A stretch of 64,000 nt of DNA from Deltaproteobacteria bacterium. Its GTDB lineage: Bacteria > Desulfobacterota > Binatia > HRBIN30 > CADEER01. Where the stretch lies: contig JAJCZJ010000087.1 of the NCBI GenBank assembly GCA_029262455.1, forward strand, positions 11,135 to 75,134, in the 5' to 3' direction. Made by a program: the position numbers and the translations under genes. Under the pieces are notes generated by a model, which worked only from the letters and a program-made list of their open reading frames with translations, was not told the DNA's origin and ran no database searches. Shown here in pieces: positions 46,084 to 57,680 of the stretch (the first letter of the stretch is position 1; each line of letters opens with the position of its first letter).

Positions 46084-48000
46084 CTACTTGCGGTCTTGGA
46101 TCGCAGCCTCGTTTTTCGTTTCCAACTCTTCCCAGCGAAGAATCATCGCCTCGACCTCGCTCTTCGAGCTCTCGAGGTCCCGAGTCAGCTCGGCAACCTC
46201 GCCCCGTCGCTCGGCATAGGTAGCCGGGTCGGCGAGTAGCCGCTCGATCTCGGCAATCTGCGTTTCTTTCGCTTCGATCTGGTCCGGCAAGCCGGCTAGA
46301 TCCTTCTTCTCGCGGTAGCTTAGCTTGTCTGAACGAGCACCCCGCTTGCTCACTCCGACCGCTTGCACGTGTACCGGCTCCTGGCCGACTTCTTTGTCGA
46401 TTCCGCGCTGCGCCAAGTACGAAGAATAGGAACCATGAAACCTTCGCAGCGAACCATCGTCTTCGAAAGCCAAGATCGACGTGGCGATGCGGTCGAGGAA
46501 GTAGCGATCGTGTGTCACCACGATCGTCGTGCCGCCGAATTCCAGCAAAAAAGACTCGAGAGCGGCGAGCGTCGGAATGTCGAGATCGTTGGTCGGTTCA
46601 TCAAGGACCATCAGGTTCGCGGGTTGAACCAACATTGCTGCAAGCGCTACCCGCGCTCTTTCACCGCCCGACAACGTCGAAACGTACGAGCGCTGCGACT
46701 GTTCATCGAATAGAAATCGCTCCAAGTACGCTCGCGGCGTCAGCGTGAGGTCGCCGACGCGGACCGAGGCGAGGTCACCGATCACGTTCTCATAGACAGT
46801 CGCCGAATCGACTAGCCCGCCGCGCGATTGGTCGAGATAGGCGGCGCGCGTGTTCACGCCAAGGGTCACTTGTCCGGCCAGCGGTTCAAGTTCGCCGATC
46901 AACGTTCGCAACAAGGTGCTCTTGCCACAACCGTTCGGCCCCACGACGCCGATCCGCTCCCCCTGCGTCACATGGAGCTCAACCGAGCGAGCCAGGGTGG
47001 TCTGATCGCGGCCAACATCGACGCCCTCGAGCTCGAGAATCGTCTTGCCGGTCCGCGCCTCGGCGGCGGCAATCTGAACGATCGATTCTTCATCGAGGCC
47101 CTCCTGCGCTACCGCACCCTCAATGCGATGAATGCGCGCCTTCGACTTGCCCGTTCGCGCCTTCGGTTGGCGGCGCAGCCATTCCAGTTCTCGGCGCAAG
47201 AAGTTCTGGCGATTGCGCTCCGTCCGCTCCTCATGGGCGAAGCGTTCCGCGCGCGCCTGCAGGTAGGTTTCGTACCCACCTTCGTACGAAGTCACACCCC
47301 CTCGACCTACTTCGACAGTTCGCCGTGCAACCCGATCGAGCAAATAGCGATCGTGCGTGATCAACAGAACCGCGCCCTCGTACTCCTCGATCAGATGATG
47401 TTCTAACCAGGCGACCGTATCGACGTCGAGATGGTTCGTCGGTTCATCGAGTACGGCCAAATCGGGCTGGGCAATGAGCAGCCTCGCCAATGCGACGCGA
47501 CGTTGCTCGCCACCACTCATCTGGTCGACATCACGTTGCGACTCGACAATCCCGAGGTGGCCGAGGATCGACTCAGCTCGATGAACCAAGTCCCACCCGC
47601 CAAGCCGTTCCAAGTCGTCGGCAGCCGCCGCTTGCTCCATGGTTGCGGTTGCCAGACTCGCAGTAGCGGCCCCTTCGATCTGTCGGCCGGCCGCCTCGTA
47701 GCGTTGTCGTGCTGCACACCACGCTTCCAACCCAGAGAGGGCGACGTCACAAGCCGACGTGCCAGCAGGTAATCGCGGCGCTTGTTCGAGATAGATCAAA
47801 CTCGCGCCGCGCCGGTAGGTCACCGTCCCGCTATCGGCCTTCTCGACCCCGGCCAGGATCTTTCCTAGCGTACTCTTTCCAGCGCCGTTGGCACCGACCA
47901 CCCCTACCCGTTCGCCTCGATGGATCGTAACCGAAGCATCGACGAGGACGCGTGTCGTACCGTAGGCACGGGCGATCTTGGTGGCGGTGACGACTGGCAT
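46084..48000 (-). CDS. ABC-F family ATPase (Uup-like, C-terminal coiled coil)
   Basis: Two ABC cassettes (GANGAGKST / GPNGCGKST; LSGGEQRR / LSGGERAR), no TM domain, and a charged coiled-coil tail. Confidence 0.9.
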   Translation of the reverse strand: MPVVTATKIARAYGTTRVLVDASVTIHRGERVGVVGANGAGKSTLGKILAGVEKADSGTVTYRRGASLIYLEQAPRLPAGTSACDVALSGLEAWCAARQRYEAAGRQIEGAATASLATATMEQAAAADDLERLGGWDLVHRAESILGHLGIVESQRDVDQMSGGEQRRVALARLLIAQPDLAVLDEPTNHLDVDTVAWLEHHLIEEYEGAVLLITHDRYLLDRVARRTVEVGRGGVTSYEGGYETYLQARAERFAHEERTERNRQNFLRRELEWLRRQPKARTGKSKARIHRIEGAVAQEGLDEESIVQIAAAEARTGKTILELEGVDVGRDQTTLARSVELHVTQGERIGVVGPNGCGKSTLLRTLIGELEPLAGQVTLGVNTRAAYLDQSRGGLVDSATVYENVIGDLASVRVGDLTLTPRAYLERFLFDEQSQRSYVSTLSGGERARVALAAMLVQPANLMVLDEPTNDLDIPTLAALESFLLEFGGTTIVVTHDRYFLDRIATSILAFEDDGSLRRFHGSYSSYLAQRGIDKEVGQEPVHVQAVGVSKRGARSDKLSYREKKDLAGLPDQIEAKETQIAEIERLLADPATYAERRGEVAELTRDLESSKSEVEAMILRWEELETKNEAAIQDRK

Positions 48001-48069
48001 CAGGGCACGCTATCACGCAAGAGTCATCGGAACCGGCTACTCCCAAGCTCTGGCTCGACGCACTTGCTG

Positions 48070-50337
<2,268 letters not shown>

Positions 50338-50441
50338 CTAGCAGAACCACACCTCCGGCTCCACGCCCTCTGCACCCCAGGACCCAGGCAAAACCGAGTC
50401 AACCCAAAAAACTTACCCGACGAACGTTGCTCGAAGAGGAT

Positions 50442-51038
50442 TTACGGGACGAACAATCGGCTGACAAACTCCGCATGCGCGTCGATCGCCTTGCGCTTGG
50501 TCGGGTCCATGCCGGTCAGCCTTATACACTCAGGCGCCACCGCGAAGATCAACGACGCCGCGCCAGCAAGGGCATAGTGAACGTGCGGCATCAGCGCAGG
50601 ATCGGTGTCCGGGAGATACTCCCCCTGCAGCTGCTGAAAGCCGAGGTAGAGCGGCTTCATGTGTGTGTCGACCAACCACTGCATACGATCGTCGCCGCCC
50701 TTGCCCTCTTCGACCATGAATCGAAACAGCTCAGGGTGCGCTGCCGCGAATCGCACGTAGCGGCGAATCGCCTCGCGCGCCTGTTCCCGTGCGCCACCGG
50801 TCTCGTCGAGGGCAGGCCGTAACGCCGACGCGAGTTGTGAAAAGATCTGCTCTGCCGCCGCCTTCCAGAGCTCGTCCTTCGACCGAAAGTGGTACGTGAT
50901 CAACCCCTGATTCGCGCCGGCTCGCGCCGCTATCGCTCGTGTGCTCGCGCCGTAGAACCCCAGTTCGGAAAACGCCCCGACCGCCGCGTCGACGATGCGC
51001 CGTCGAGTTGCCTCGTACTGTTGTGCCCGTGTCGTCAT
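50442..51038 (-). CDS. TetR-family transcriptional regulator
   Basis: N-terminal HTH (FSELGFYGASTRAIAARAGANQGLITYHFRSKDELW). Divergent from the monooxygenase gene. Confidence 0.88.
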   Translation of the reverse strand: MTTRAQQYEATRRRIVDAAVGAFSELGFYGASTRAIAARAGANQGLITYHFRSKDELWKAAAEQIFSQLASALRPALDETGGAREQAREAIRRYVRFAAAHPELFRFMVEEGKGGDDRMQWLVDTHMKPLYLGFQQLQGEYLPDTDPALMPHVHYALAGAASLIFAVAPECIRLTGMDPTKRKAIDAHAEFVSRLFVP

Positions 51039-51055
51039 GGTTTTTCATTATTCGC

Positions 51056-51073
51056 TTGACAAGCCACTGTCAA
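51056..51073. promoter_or_regulatory. Candidate TetR operator
   Basis: Perfect inverted repeat TTGACA-agccac-TGTCAA in the divergent intergenic region, with a related half-site TGGTCAA at 51082. Confidence 0.45.
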
Positions 51074-51139
51074 CCTTCTACTGGTCAATCGAACAGCGAA
51101 AGATTGTGCGACGAAGACAGATCGAGGAGCCCGAAAAGC

Positions 51140-52867
51140 GTGGAAATTGTAGAAACAGATGTACTCGTTGTCGGCGCCGGCCCAGCCGGCCTGACCGCTT
51201 CGGCACTACTTACTCGGGAGGGAGTACCCAGCCTGACGGTGACGAAGTTTCGTGGCACCGCTGACTCGCCGCGCGCCCACATCACCAACCAGCGCGCCGT
51301 CGAGATCTTTCGTGACCTCGGTATCGAAGATCGGGTGATGCAACGCGCACTGCCCCAGGAGCTGATGGGCAAGCAAGTGTTCGCGACAGCGTTCGCCGGC
51401 AGAGAGTTCTCCAGGATGATGACATGGGGAACCGGGGACGACCGCCGCACCGACTACCAAACCGCCAGCCCATGCGAGATGTGCAACGCGCCCCAGCACA
51501 TACTCGAACCGATCCTCCTCGACTGCGCCCGTTCCATTGGCGCCGACATTCGCTTCAATCACGAGCTCATCGAAATCGAACAAACACCCGATGAAGTGAT
51601 CGCCCGCGTGCGTCAGCGACAGACGGGTTCGGAACTTGAAGTCCACGCGCTCTACGCCGTCGGCTGCGACGGCGCGCGGAGCACGGTCGCCGAGAGCGGC
51701 AACTTCGTCCTACAAGGTCAGAGTGGGTTGGCGAACGCCGTTACGGTATGGATCGAAGCCGATCTCGCTCGCTATACGCAATACCGTTCCGGCGCATTGT
51801 TCGTCGTATGTGCGCCGGGGAGCGAGGACATGGTCAGCGTATGGACTTGCGTCGAACCCTGGACCGAGTGGAGTACCATTTTTGCGCGACCCGGCGGTGC
51901 GCCCAGCGATCTTTCCGAGGAGAGTGTCTTGCCGCGCGTCCGTGCCGCAATCGGCGACCCGGACGTCGCAATCAAGATCAAGAAAATTAGCGAGTGGCAG
52001 GTGAATCACGTCGTCGCAGAGCAGTACCGTGACCGGCGGCTGTTTCTCGCCGGAGACGCGGCCCACCGACACCCACCAGCGAACGGCCTCGGTAGCAACA
52101 CCTCGATCCAAGACTCTTACAACCTCGCCTGGAAACTCGCCCTGGTCACAAAGGGACACGCAAGCGATAGCCTGCTCAACAGCTACAGTGAGGAACGTCA
52201 GCCGGTGGGCCGACAAGTCGTCGACCGGGCCAATAAGAGCATCTTCGAAATGTTGCAATTCTTCGAATTGGTAGGATTCACCGTTGATCAGCCACCAGAG
52301 CAAGCTGCGGAGATCCTCGACAAATTGCTCGGCCCAGGCAGCGAGCAGCAACGGCAAGAGCTGATGGACGGGTTGATACTAATGAATGGGCAGTTCAACG
52401 CACACGGTGTCGAGCTCGGCCAACGCTACGAGTCGTGCGCCACAATCGATGACGGCTATCCCTTCCCTCCCTACACGCGCGATCCCGAACTCTACTATCA
52501 CCCGACGACTCATCCCGGGGCCGCCCTCCCCCACGTTTGGCTGGAACACGACACCGACGCCTGCTCGACCCTCGACCTCTGTGCTTACAACCGTTTCACC
52601 TTGATCACCGGAATCGGCGGCGAAGCCTGGCACGAAGCAGCGGCAACCGTGTCCTCCTCTCTTGGCGTCACAATCAAACCTGTCTCACTTGGACTTGGTC
52701 AGCGACACAACGATGTCCTCGGACAGTGGACACAGACACGCGAGATGAGCGACAACGGCTGTCTGTTGATTCGACCGGATCGCTTCGTCGCCTGGCGTAG
52801 ACAAAATCTCGTGAAGGATCCGGTCGAAGCTCTGACAAGCGCGATGCGTCGAATCCTTCAAAAATAA
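51140..52867 (+). CDS. FAD-dependent aromatic-ring monooxygenase (PheA/TfdB phenol-hydroxylase type)
   Basis: DVLVVGAGPAGL, LAGDAAHRHPPANGLGSNTSIQDSYNLAWKLA and a thioredoxin-like C-terminal extension. GTG at 51140 is proposed; the extended ORF from 50939 overlaps the TetR gene. Confidence 0.85.
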   Translation: MEIVETDVLVVGAGPAGLTASALLTREGVPSLTVTKFRGTADSPRAHITNQRAVEIFRDLGIEDRVMQRALPQELMGKQVFATAFAGREFSRMMTWGTGDDRRTDYQTASPCEMCNAPQHILEPILLDCARSIGADIRFNHELIEIEQTPDEVIARVRQRQTGSELEVHALYAVGCDGARSTVAESGNFVLQGQSGLANAVTVWIEADLARYTQYRSGALFVVCAPGSEDMVSVWTCVEPWTEWSTIFARPGGAPSDLSEESVLPRVRAAIGDPDVAIKIKKISEWQVNHVVAEQYRDRRLFLAGDAAHRHPPANGLGSNTSIQDSYNLAWKLALVTKGHASDSLLNSYSEERQPVGRQVVDRANKSIFEMLQFFELVGFTVDQPPEQAAEILDKLLGPGSEQQRQELMDGLILMNGQFNAHGVELGQRYESCATIDDGYPFPPYTRDPELYYHPTTHPGAALPHVWLEHDTDACSTLDLCAYNRFTLITGIGGEAWHEAAATVSSSLGVTIKPVSLGLGQRHNDVLGQWTQTREMSDNGCLLIRPDRFVAWRRQNLVKDPVEALTSAMRRILQK

Positions 52868-52901
52868 CCCAACCACGCGACAGAACTGCAGGAGATTTCA
52901 C

Positions 52902-53837
52902 ATGGCATTGCACCGACTGCTAGGAATGAAGATCGGAACCCCGACGCCGGATACACTCGACGACTTCTATCGCGAAATCGGTCTCGAAGGCGGCAACGGC
53001 AAATGGGGAAGTGCGGCAGCGCCCGATCAAATCGTGATCACCGAGTCTCCGTACCGGCAGCTGCGCGAGATTCGCGTCGGCTGTGAGGACGAAGCCGACC
53101 TCGCGGCGATTGGCAAGCGCCTCGATCACCTCGGCGTGACCTACGATCTGAGCGGCGGGAAACTAAAGTTGGAAGACCCCTCCAATCACTGGAGCATTGA
53201 GATCGAACCGACAGAGCCGTTCGATGTACCCGCCCCCCCGGCGCGCGTCGGCAATCGGCCGGGCGATCGGCCGCGGCGCGGACAACGGGCCGACGTCATC
53301 GGCGAGTCTTCGCCGCGCCCACCACGTCGCCTCGGCCACGTCGTCGTCGGGACACCGGAGATCGAAAAAACCCGCGCACTATTCGTCGACGGGTTGGGTT
53401 TCCGCATCTCCGACAGCGTCGCCGGACTCGCCTTCTTCACACGCTGCTCCATGGACCACCACAATCTACTGATCAGCCCCGGCCCCGTACCCTACCTCAA
53501 TCACTACGCCTTGGAGCATGACGACATCGACTCCGTCGCACGCGCAGCAACCCTGTATCTTCGCGCCCACGAAGACGCCCAAATTGCCGGTCCGGGACGA
53601 CACATGATCGGCGGCAACATCTTCTGGTACATGCGCGACCCGAGTGGAACCTTCTTCGAGTACTTCGCCGACATGGACCTCATCGACGACGACCAGGCTT
53701 GGCAGCCGCGCGAAGACTGGCCCCTCGAGGATTCATGGTCCGTGTGGGGCGAAAAGGACCAGCCCGAAGTATTCTTCCAACCTCACGACATCGAGGACGT
53801 CATCGCCGGGTACCAGAAAGAGGATGAGACCCGCTAA
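52902..53837 (+). CDS. VOC-family extradiol ring-cleavage dioxygenase-like protein
   Basis: Two VOC modules; LGHVVVGTPEIEKTRALFVDGLGFRISD...MDHHNLLI...NHYALE. Confidence 0.75.
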   Translation: MALHRLLGMKIGTPTPDTLDDFYREIGLEGGNGKWGSAAAPDQIVITESPYRQLREIRVGCEDEADLAAIGKRLDHLGVTYDLSGGKLKLEDPSNHWSIEIEPTEPFDVPAPPARVGNRPGDRPRRGQRADVIGESSPRPPRRLGHVVVGTPEIEKTRALFVDGLGFRISDSVAGLAFFTRCSMDHHNLLISPGPVPYLNHYALEHDDIDSVARAATLYLRAHEDAQIAGPGRHMIGGNIFWYMRDPSGTFFEYFADMDLIDDDQAWQPREDWPLEDSWSVWGEKDQPEVFFQPHDIEDVIAGYQKEDETR

Positions 53838-53989
53838 CCCAGGGCGACACGGTTCCAAAGCAGGGCGAGGATCCTGCCGAGCCGTGGTCCCGACCTCCAG
53901 GCAGACGAACAGCCAAAACCACTTGGCCAGTATAATAGGATGAACACGGATCGAAGATGGCGCGATGGCGTACGCCGACTCGTGGGGAG

Positions 53990-54646
53990 CTACCCTTCGA
54001 ACAATTGCTTCAATCCATCTAGAAGACCGGGTGCGCAGATCGAGCCGAACGCTGGAGCCCCGCTGAACTCGTCACCGGTTAGATAGAGTTCGCCGACCGC
54101 GTCCGCCAAGACGCCGCCGGCGCCGGCGACAACGACCAGGCGTTCAGACACAAACGCAGGGAATGCCGTGGCCGGGTTGAGTTCCGCCCACCCGGTGTCG
54201 CGCATCACCAGCTGCCCGACCGGCGCGCCTCCGCTCGAGCGGCTCAACTCCGCAACCGTCGCCGCGGTAAAAGCCAAGACCGGACCTTCGGTGTCACACG
54301 GTTGATCGAAAGACTGGATGCCCGCAGCCGCTACTGGATTGCTGACGATACCTGAGTAAGCCGTCGCCTGGCCCACGACCGTCTCGCCGTCGGCGCTCGT
54401 GAAACGAATCTCGGCGGGTCCAACCACGAAGCACAAATTCTCGGACGGCGTGAACTGCAAATCCGCCAGCTTCGTCGCGGTCAACGCGTGAGTCGCTACC
54501 GTGCAGGCGGAATCACTGACCAGACGCACGTTCGCCAGCTCGACACTGGCACACTCGACCGCCGCCGGCGCCACGACGGCGCGCGCCCCATCGTCGGAAC
54601 CGCATCCATATAGAGCAAGGAAAAGAATGAACCCAAACCGCAACAT
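53990..54646 (-). CDS. Hypothetical lipoprotein
   Basis: MLRFGFILFLALYGCGSDDG (lipobox-like LYGC). No recognisable domain. Confidence 0.5.
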   Translation of the reverse strand: MLRFGFILFLALYGCGSDDGARAVVAPAAVECASVELANVRLVSDSACTVATHALTATKLADLQFTPSENLCFVVGPAEIRFTSADGETVVGQATAYSGIVSNPVAAAGIQSFDQPCDTEGPVLAFTAATVAELSRSSGGAPVGQLVMRDTGWAELNPATAFPAFVSERLVVVAGAGGVLADAVGELYLTGDEFSGAPAFGSICAPGLLDGLKQLFEG

Positions 54647-54700
54647 ACATCACCTCACTTTGCTGCAACTGCAATCTAGCAGTTGACCTGTGACTAGCAC

Positions 54701-55336
54701 TCAGGAATCTCCGACGTGATCAAGCAACAAACGGGCAAACCAGGCGCGAAAGCGGCTACGCACCTCCGGATCGCTTTCGTGCCCTGTCATGCAGTCGAGA
54801 AACGGAGCGAAGATTCCGTCGCCGAGCGCCGCCACGGCGGCCAGCCGCACGATGAATTCAGAGTCTTCACGCGCGCCCGGCGCTACTCCCGAAAACTCGA
54901 CGCGCCGCTTGTGCACCAGTTCCGTCAGATCGCGCAGAACCGGATTGTCGCGGTCTGTCTCATCCGGCCCGTCAGCCGTCAGGGCACTCCACGCCAATAG
55001 ACGCGCCAGTCCCGAGTCACCCAGCGCCCCGAAAATGCGACCTATCACTTCAACCCCCGTGTCCCCCAACGCCGGCTCCCCGTCGAGAACCTCTACGAGC
55101 TCGGCTTCAATCCGTTCCACCGCACGCGTTTGCAACGCCTGGATCAATCCGTCGCGATTCTCGAAATGGTGCAGAATCGTCGGGTGCGCGATGCCTACAT
55201 CACGAGCTAAATCCTGTAATCGAATCGCTTCGGGCCCGGCCTCCCGCAACCGCTTCTCCGCGGCGTCCAAGATCACTCGCCGCGCCTCCTCGGCGGTCCT
55301 GCGCTTCCGCACCGGCGCCTTCTTCGTCCCCGCCAT
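54701..55336 (-). CDS. TetR-family transcriptional regulator
   Basis: HTH IRLQDLARDVGIAHPTILHHFENRDGL. ATG at 55336 is preferred over the TTG at 55378. Confidence 0.88.
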   Translation of the reverse strand: MAGTKKAPVRKRRTAEEARRVILDAAEKRLREAGPEAIRLQDLARDVGIAHPTILHHFENRDGLIQALQTRAVERIEAELVEVLDGEPALGDTGVEVIGRIFGALGDSGLARLLAWSALTADGPDETDRDNPVLRDLTELVHKRRVEFSGVAPGAREDSEFIVRLAAVAALGDGIFAPFLDCMTGHESDPEVRSRFRAWFARLLLDHVGDS

Positions 55337-55389
55337 TAAGTTGCCCCACTCTTGTTTCGCCGATTTCTCTATTGACAATGCTGTCGACA

Positions 55390-55418
55390 GTGCTATCTAC
55401 AGCACTGTCAGTTACCCG
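55390..55418. promoter_or_regulatory. Candidate TetR operator (overlapping palindromes)
   Basis: The 10-bp palindrome ctgtcgacag (55390-99) overlaps the inverted repeat gacagtgct-N6-agcactgtc (55395-55418), between the divergent TetR and Coq4-like genes. Confidence 0.5.
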
Positions 55419-55445
55419 TTCAAGCCGAGGAAGGGAGAAATCGCA

Positions 55446-56162
55446 ATGACCGCCAAATTCCAGCCGACCGGACGGATCCAGCCACTCGTCGCACTTAGAG
55501 CACTGCGAGACCTCATTCGTGATCCTGACGACACCTCCCACGTCTTCGTGGTTATCGCTGCCCTGTCAAGCCGATCCGATACCCGGCTCTACAACCGCTT
55601 TCGCACCAGCCCCGCCGCATCCCGCCTACTGAAGGAGCGGCCGGCCCTCCTCGAGGTCTTATCGGATCGCGAGGCGCTGCTCGCCATGCCCGTCGGTACG
55701 CTCGGGCGCACCTACGGTGAGTTCATGAATCGCGAACAGATCTCCGCCGACGGGCTGGTCGAAGCGGATCGTTTCGAAGCCGACATCGACATGCCCGAAG
55801 AACGCCGATGGTTCGGAGAGCGCTTGCGCGACATGCACGACCTCTGGCACGTCGTCACCGGCTACAAACGTGACCTCGTCGGGGAGGCGTGTCTGCTCGC
55901 TTTCACATACGCACAGTTGCGCAACCCCGGCATCGGACTCATCGTCGCAGCAGCTTATTGGAAGGCCGGCTCGGATTTCTCCTACGCGCGCCCACTGATG
56001 CGCGACGCCTACCGTCGCGGAAAGTCCGCGCATTGGCTACCTGAGCAGCGCTGGGAAGAACTCCTCGCCAAGCCGTTGCTGGAGGTACGCCAACAACTCT
56101 GCGTCGGCGATCCACCCGAGTACGAGCAAGTCCGTTCCGACGGGGCGCCCGCCCTAGCCTGA
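55446..56162 (+). CDS. Coq4-family protein (bacterial homolog of ubiquinone biosynthesis COQ4)
   Basis: HDLWHVVTGYKRDLVGE fits the Coq4 HDxxH-x11-E metal motif; 238 aa. The long ORF-track extension from 54789 is antisense to the TetR gene and is rejected. Confidence 0.7.
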   Translation: MTAKFQPTGRIQPLVALRALRDLIRDPDDTSHVFVVIAALSSRSDTRLYNRFRTSPAASRLLKERPALLEVLSDREALLAMPVGTLGRTYGEFMNREQISADGLVEADRFEADIDMPEERRWFGERLRDMHDLWHVVTGYKRDLVGEACLLAFTYAQLRNPGIGLIVAAAYWKAGSDFSYARPLMRDAYRRGKSAHWLPEQRWEELLAKPLLEVRQQLCVGDPPEYEQVRSDGAPALA

Positions 56163-56376
56163 ACACACAGGGACTCGTCGCCGGAGAGGCGTTCGAGAAG
56201 ACCCTCGGCGCAAGAGCCTTGCCGGCGTCGAGTCGTATCACAGCTACCACCCGCCGGAGTTGTACGCGGCTCGGCGGCGCCTCTCCCTCCCGGTACCTGG
56301 CTGCTCCCGTCCGCTTCAATCGAAGTGAACCACCACCTAGGATGTTCCCGGTTGACTCCATCCAAGTTTTGGTGAG

Positions 56377-57375
56377 ATGCAATCGCAGGGAGAGATCAGT
56401 CAGGGCAAGTCCATTCTTGCCGCGCGTATCGCTAATGAGAAGAAGGATGTGGTCGTACTGATGGGCGGTAGGTGTGTCTCATTCACACTCCTCGACCGTC
56501 TCATCGTCGTCGAGTCTGAATCGGCTGGATTCATCTCGGACCTGCAGCGCTGCTTTGAAGACGTCGTAGCGCACTCGCCAGCCGGCAGCGCTTCGGCCGA
56601 CCTGTACGTTTCAGTCACCGCGGCCAAGGGCGCTGAGTCGATATACGAGGTCAAGTCGGCCCCGGAGCAAGTTCTGCAATTGCAAGCAGTTCGCGTGCAA
56701 GGCGCCGGGTGGACCGTAGGGCGCGCGCTCGTCCAGTGGGCTATCGACTCGGCGAGTCACCACTATGTGTTTCACTCGGGCTCGATCGCGCACGACGGTC
56801 ACGGCGTCCTACTGCCGGGCTCGTCTCACTCGGGCAAGTCCACCCTCACGGTCGCACTGGCACAACGCGGGTTCGACATCCTCTCGGACGAAGTCGGCGC
56901 GATCCGTGCCGATACGGGTCTGCAAACCGCCTTCGGCCGTTCTCTCTCGATCCGCTCGTCCGTCGTGCGCGATCTCGGACTCGCGTCTCAACTAGACGCC
57001 AAATGCCTAGTTGAAGACGCGTACATTCTCCAAACGAGCTCGCTGGGTCTGTCGCGCACATCGACGGCCCGTCTGTCCTTGGTCGTCTTCCCGACCTATT
57101 CCGAGCACGCGGCCACAGATCTTCAAGCAATACGACCCGCCGCGGCAGCCATGGCACTCTATGAGGCGTCTTGCTCGCAGGCGCGTTGGAAAGTGGCAGG
57201 ACTCGATTTCGTGATCGACCTCGCAAAAAGCATCCCATGCTTCGAGCTCACGTACTCGAACATGCACGACGCCGCCCGAGAGATCGCGAATACCCTTGCC
57301 GCTGTTTGTGCTTCGAAGTCCGAAGCCTCTCCCTTGCGAAATCGCGCTACTGAAAAGACGGCGTCGTCTCAATGA
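56377..57375 (+). CDS. HPr-kinase-like P-loop kinase (HprK-related)
   Basis: HSGSIAHDGHGVLLPGSSHSGKSTLTVALAQRGFDILSDEV, i.e. a Walker-A motif in an HprK C-terminal-domain-like context. The true start may be the ATG at 56461 (MGGRCVSF). Confidence 0.7.
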   Translation: MQSQGEISQGKSILAARIANEKKDVVVLMGGRCVSFTLLDRLIVVESESAGFISDLQRCFEDVVAHSPAGSASADLYVSVTAAKGAESIYEVKSAPEQVLQLQAVRVQGAGWTVGRALVQWAIDSASHHYVFHSGSIAHDGHGVLLPGSSHSGKSTLTVALAQRGFDILSDEVGAIRADTGLQTAFGRSLSIRSSVVRDLGLASQLDAKCLVEDAYILQTSSLGLSRTSTARLSLVVFPTYSEHAATDLQAIRPAAAAMALYEASCSQARWKVAGLDFVIDLAKSIPCFELTYSNMHDAAREIANTLAAVCASKSEASPLRNRATEKTASSQ

Positions 57376-57680
57376 AACGACCCGGGGAGCTTCGACCTCT
57401 AGGCAGAAACGACCTCTTGACCCGCGAATTGGACGGCGAGTTTTTTCTCTACGATCCGGTCACAGATCGGGTCGCGCTGATCAACCAGTCCGCCGCCGTA
57501 GTCTTCGACCTGTGTAACGGATCGCTCACAGAGGACGAAATCGTGGCAGAAGTGAAACGGCTGTACGCCGCGGGGGGCGAGCAAGTGGACAACGATGTTC
57601 GAGCCACCCTCGCGGACTTCGCCGCGCGTGGGCTCACTGTCCGTGCAACGGCGAGGGATCACCTAGAGTCGGACGAGTAG
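57372..57680 (+). CDS. Stand-alone PqqD-family protein (RiPP recognition element-like)
   Basis: LTRELDGEFFLYDPVTDRVALINQSAAVVFDLCNGSLTEDEIVAEV is the PqqD signature. ATGA overlap with the kinase stop. Confidence 0.8.
   Translation: MKRPGELRPLGRNDLLTRELDGEFFLYDPVTDRVALINQSAAVVFDLCNGSLTEDEIVAEVKRLYAAGGEQVDNDVRATLADFAARGLTVRATARDHLESDE

Noticed and set aside
54789-55445. N-terminal 219-aa extension of the Coq4-like ORF in the ORF track
   Set aside because: The extension runs antisense through the TetR gene and is Ser/Arg/Pro-rich. The conserved Coq4-like sequence begins at the ATG at 55446, which has its own GGGAGA site.
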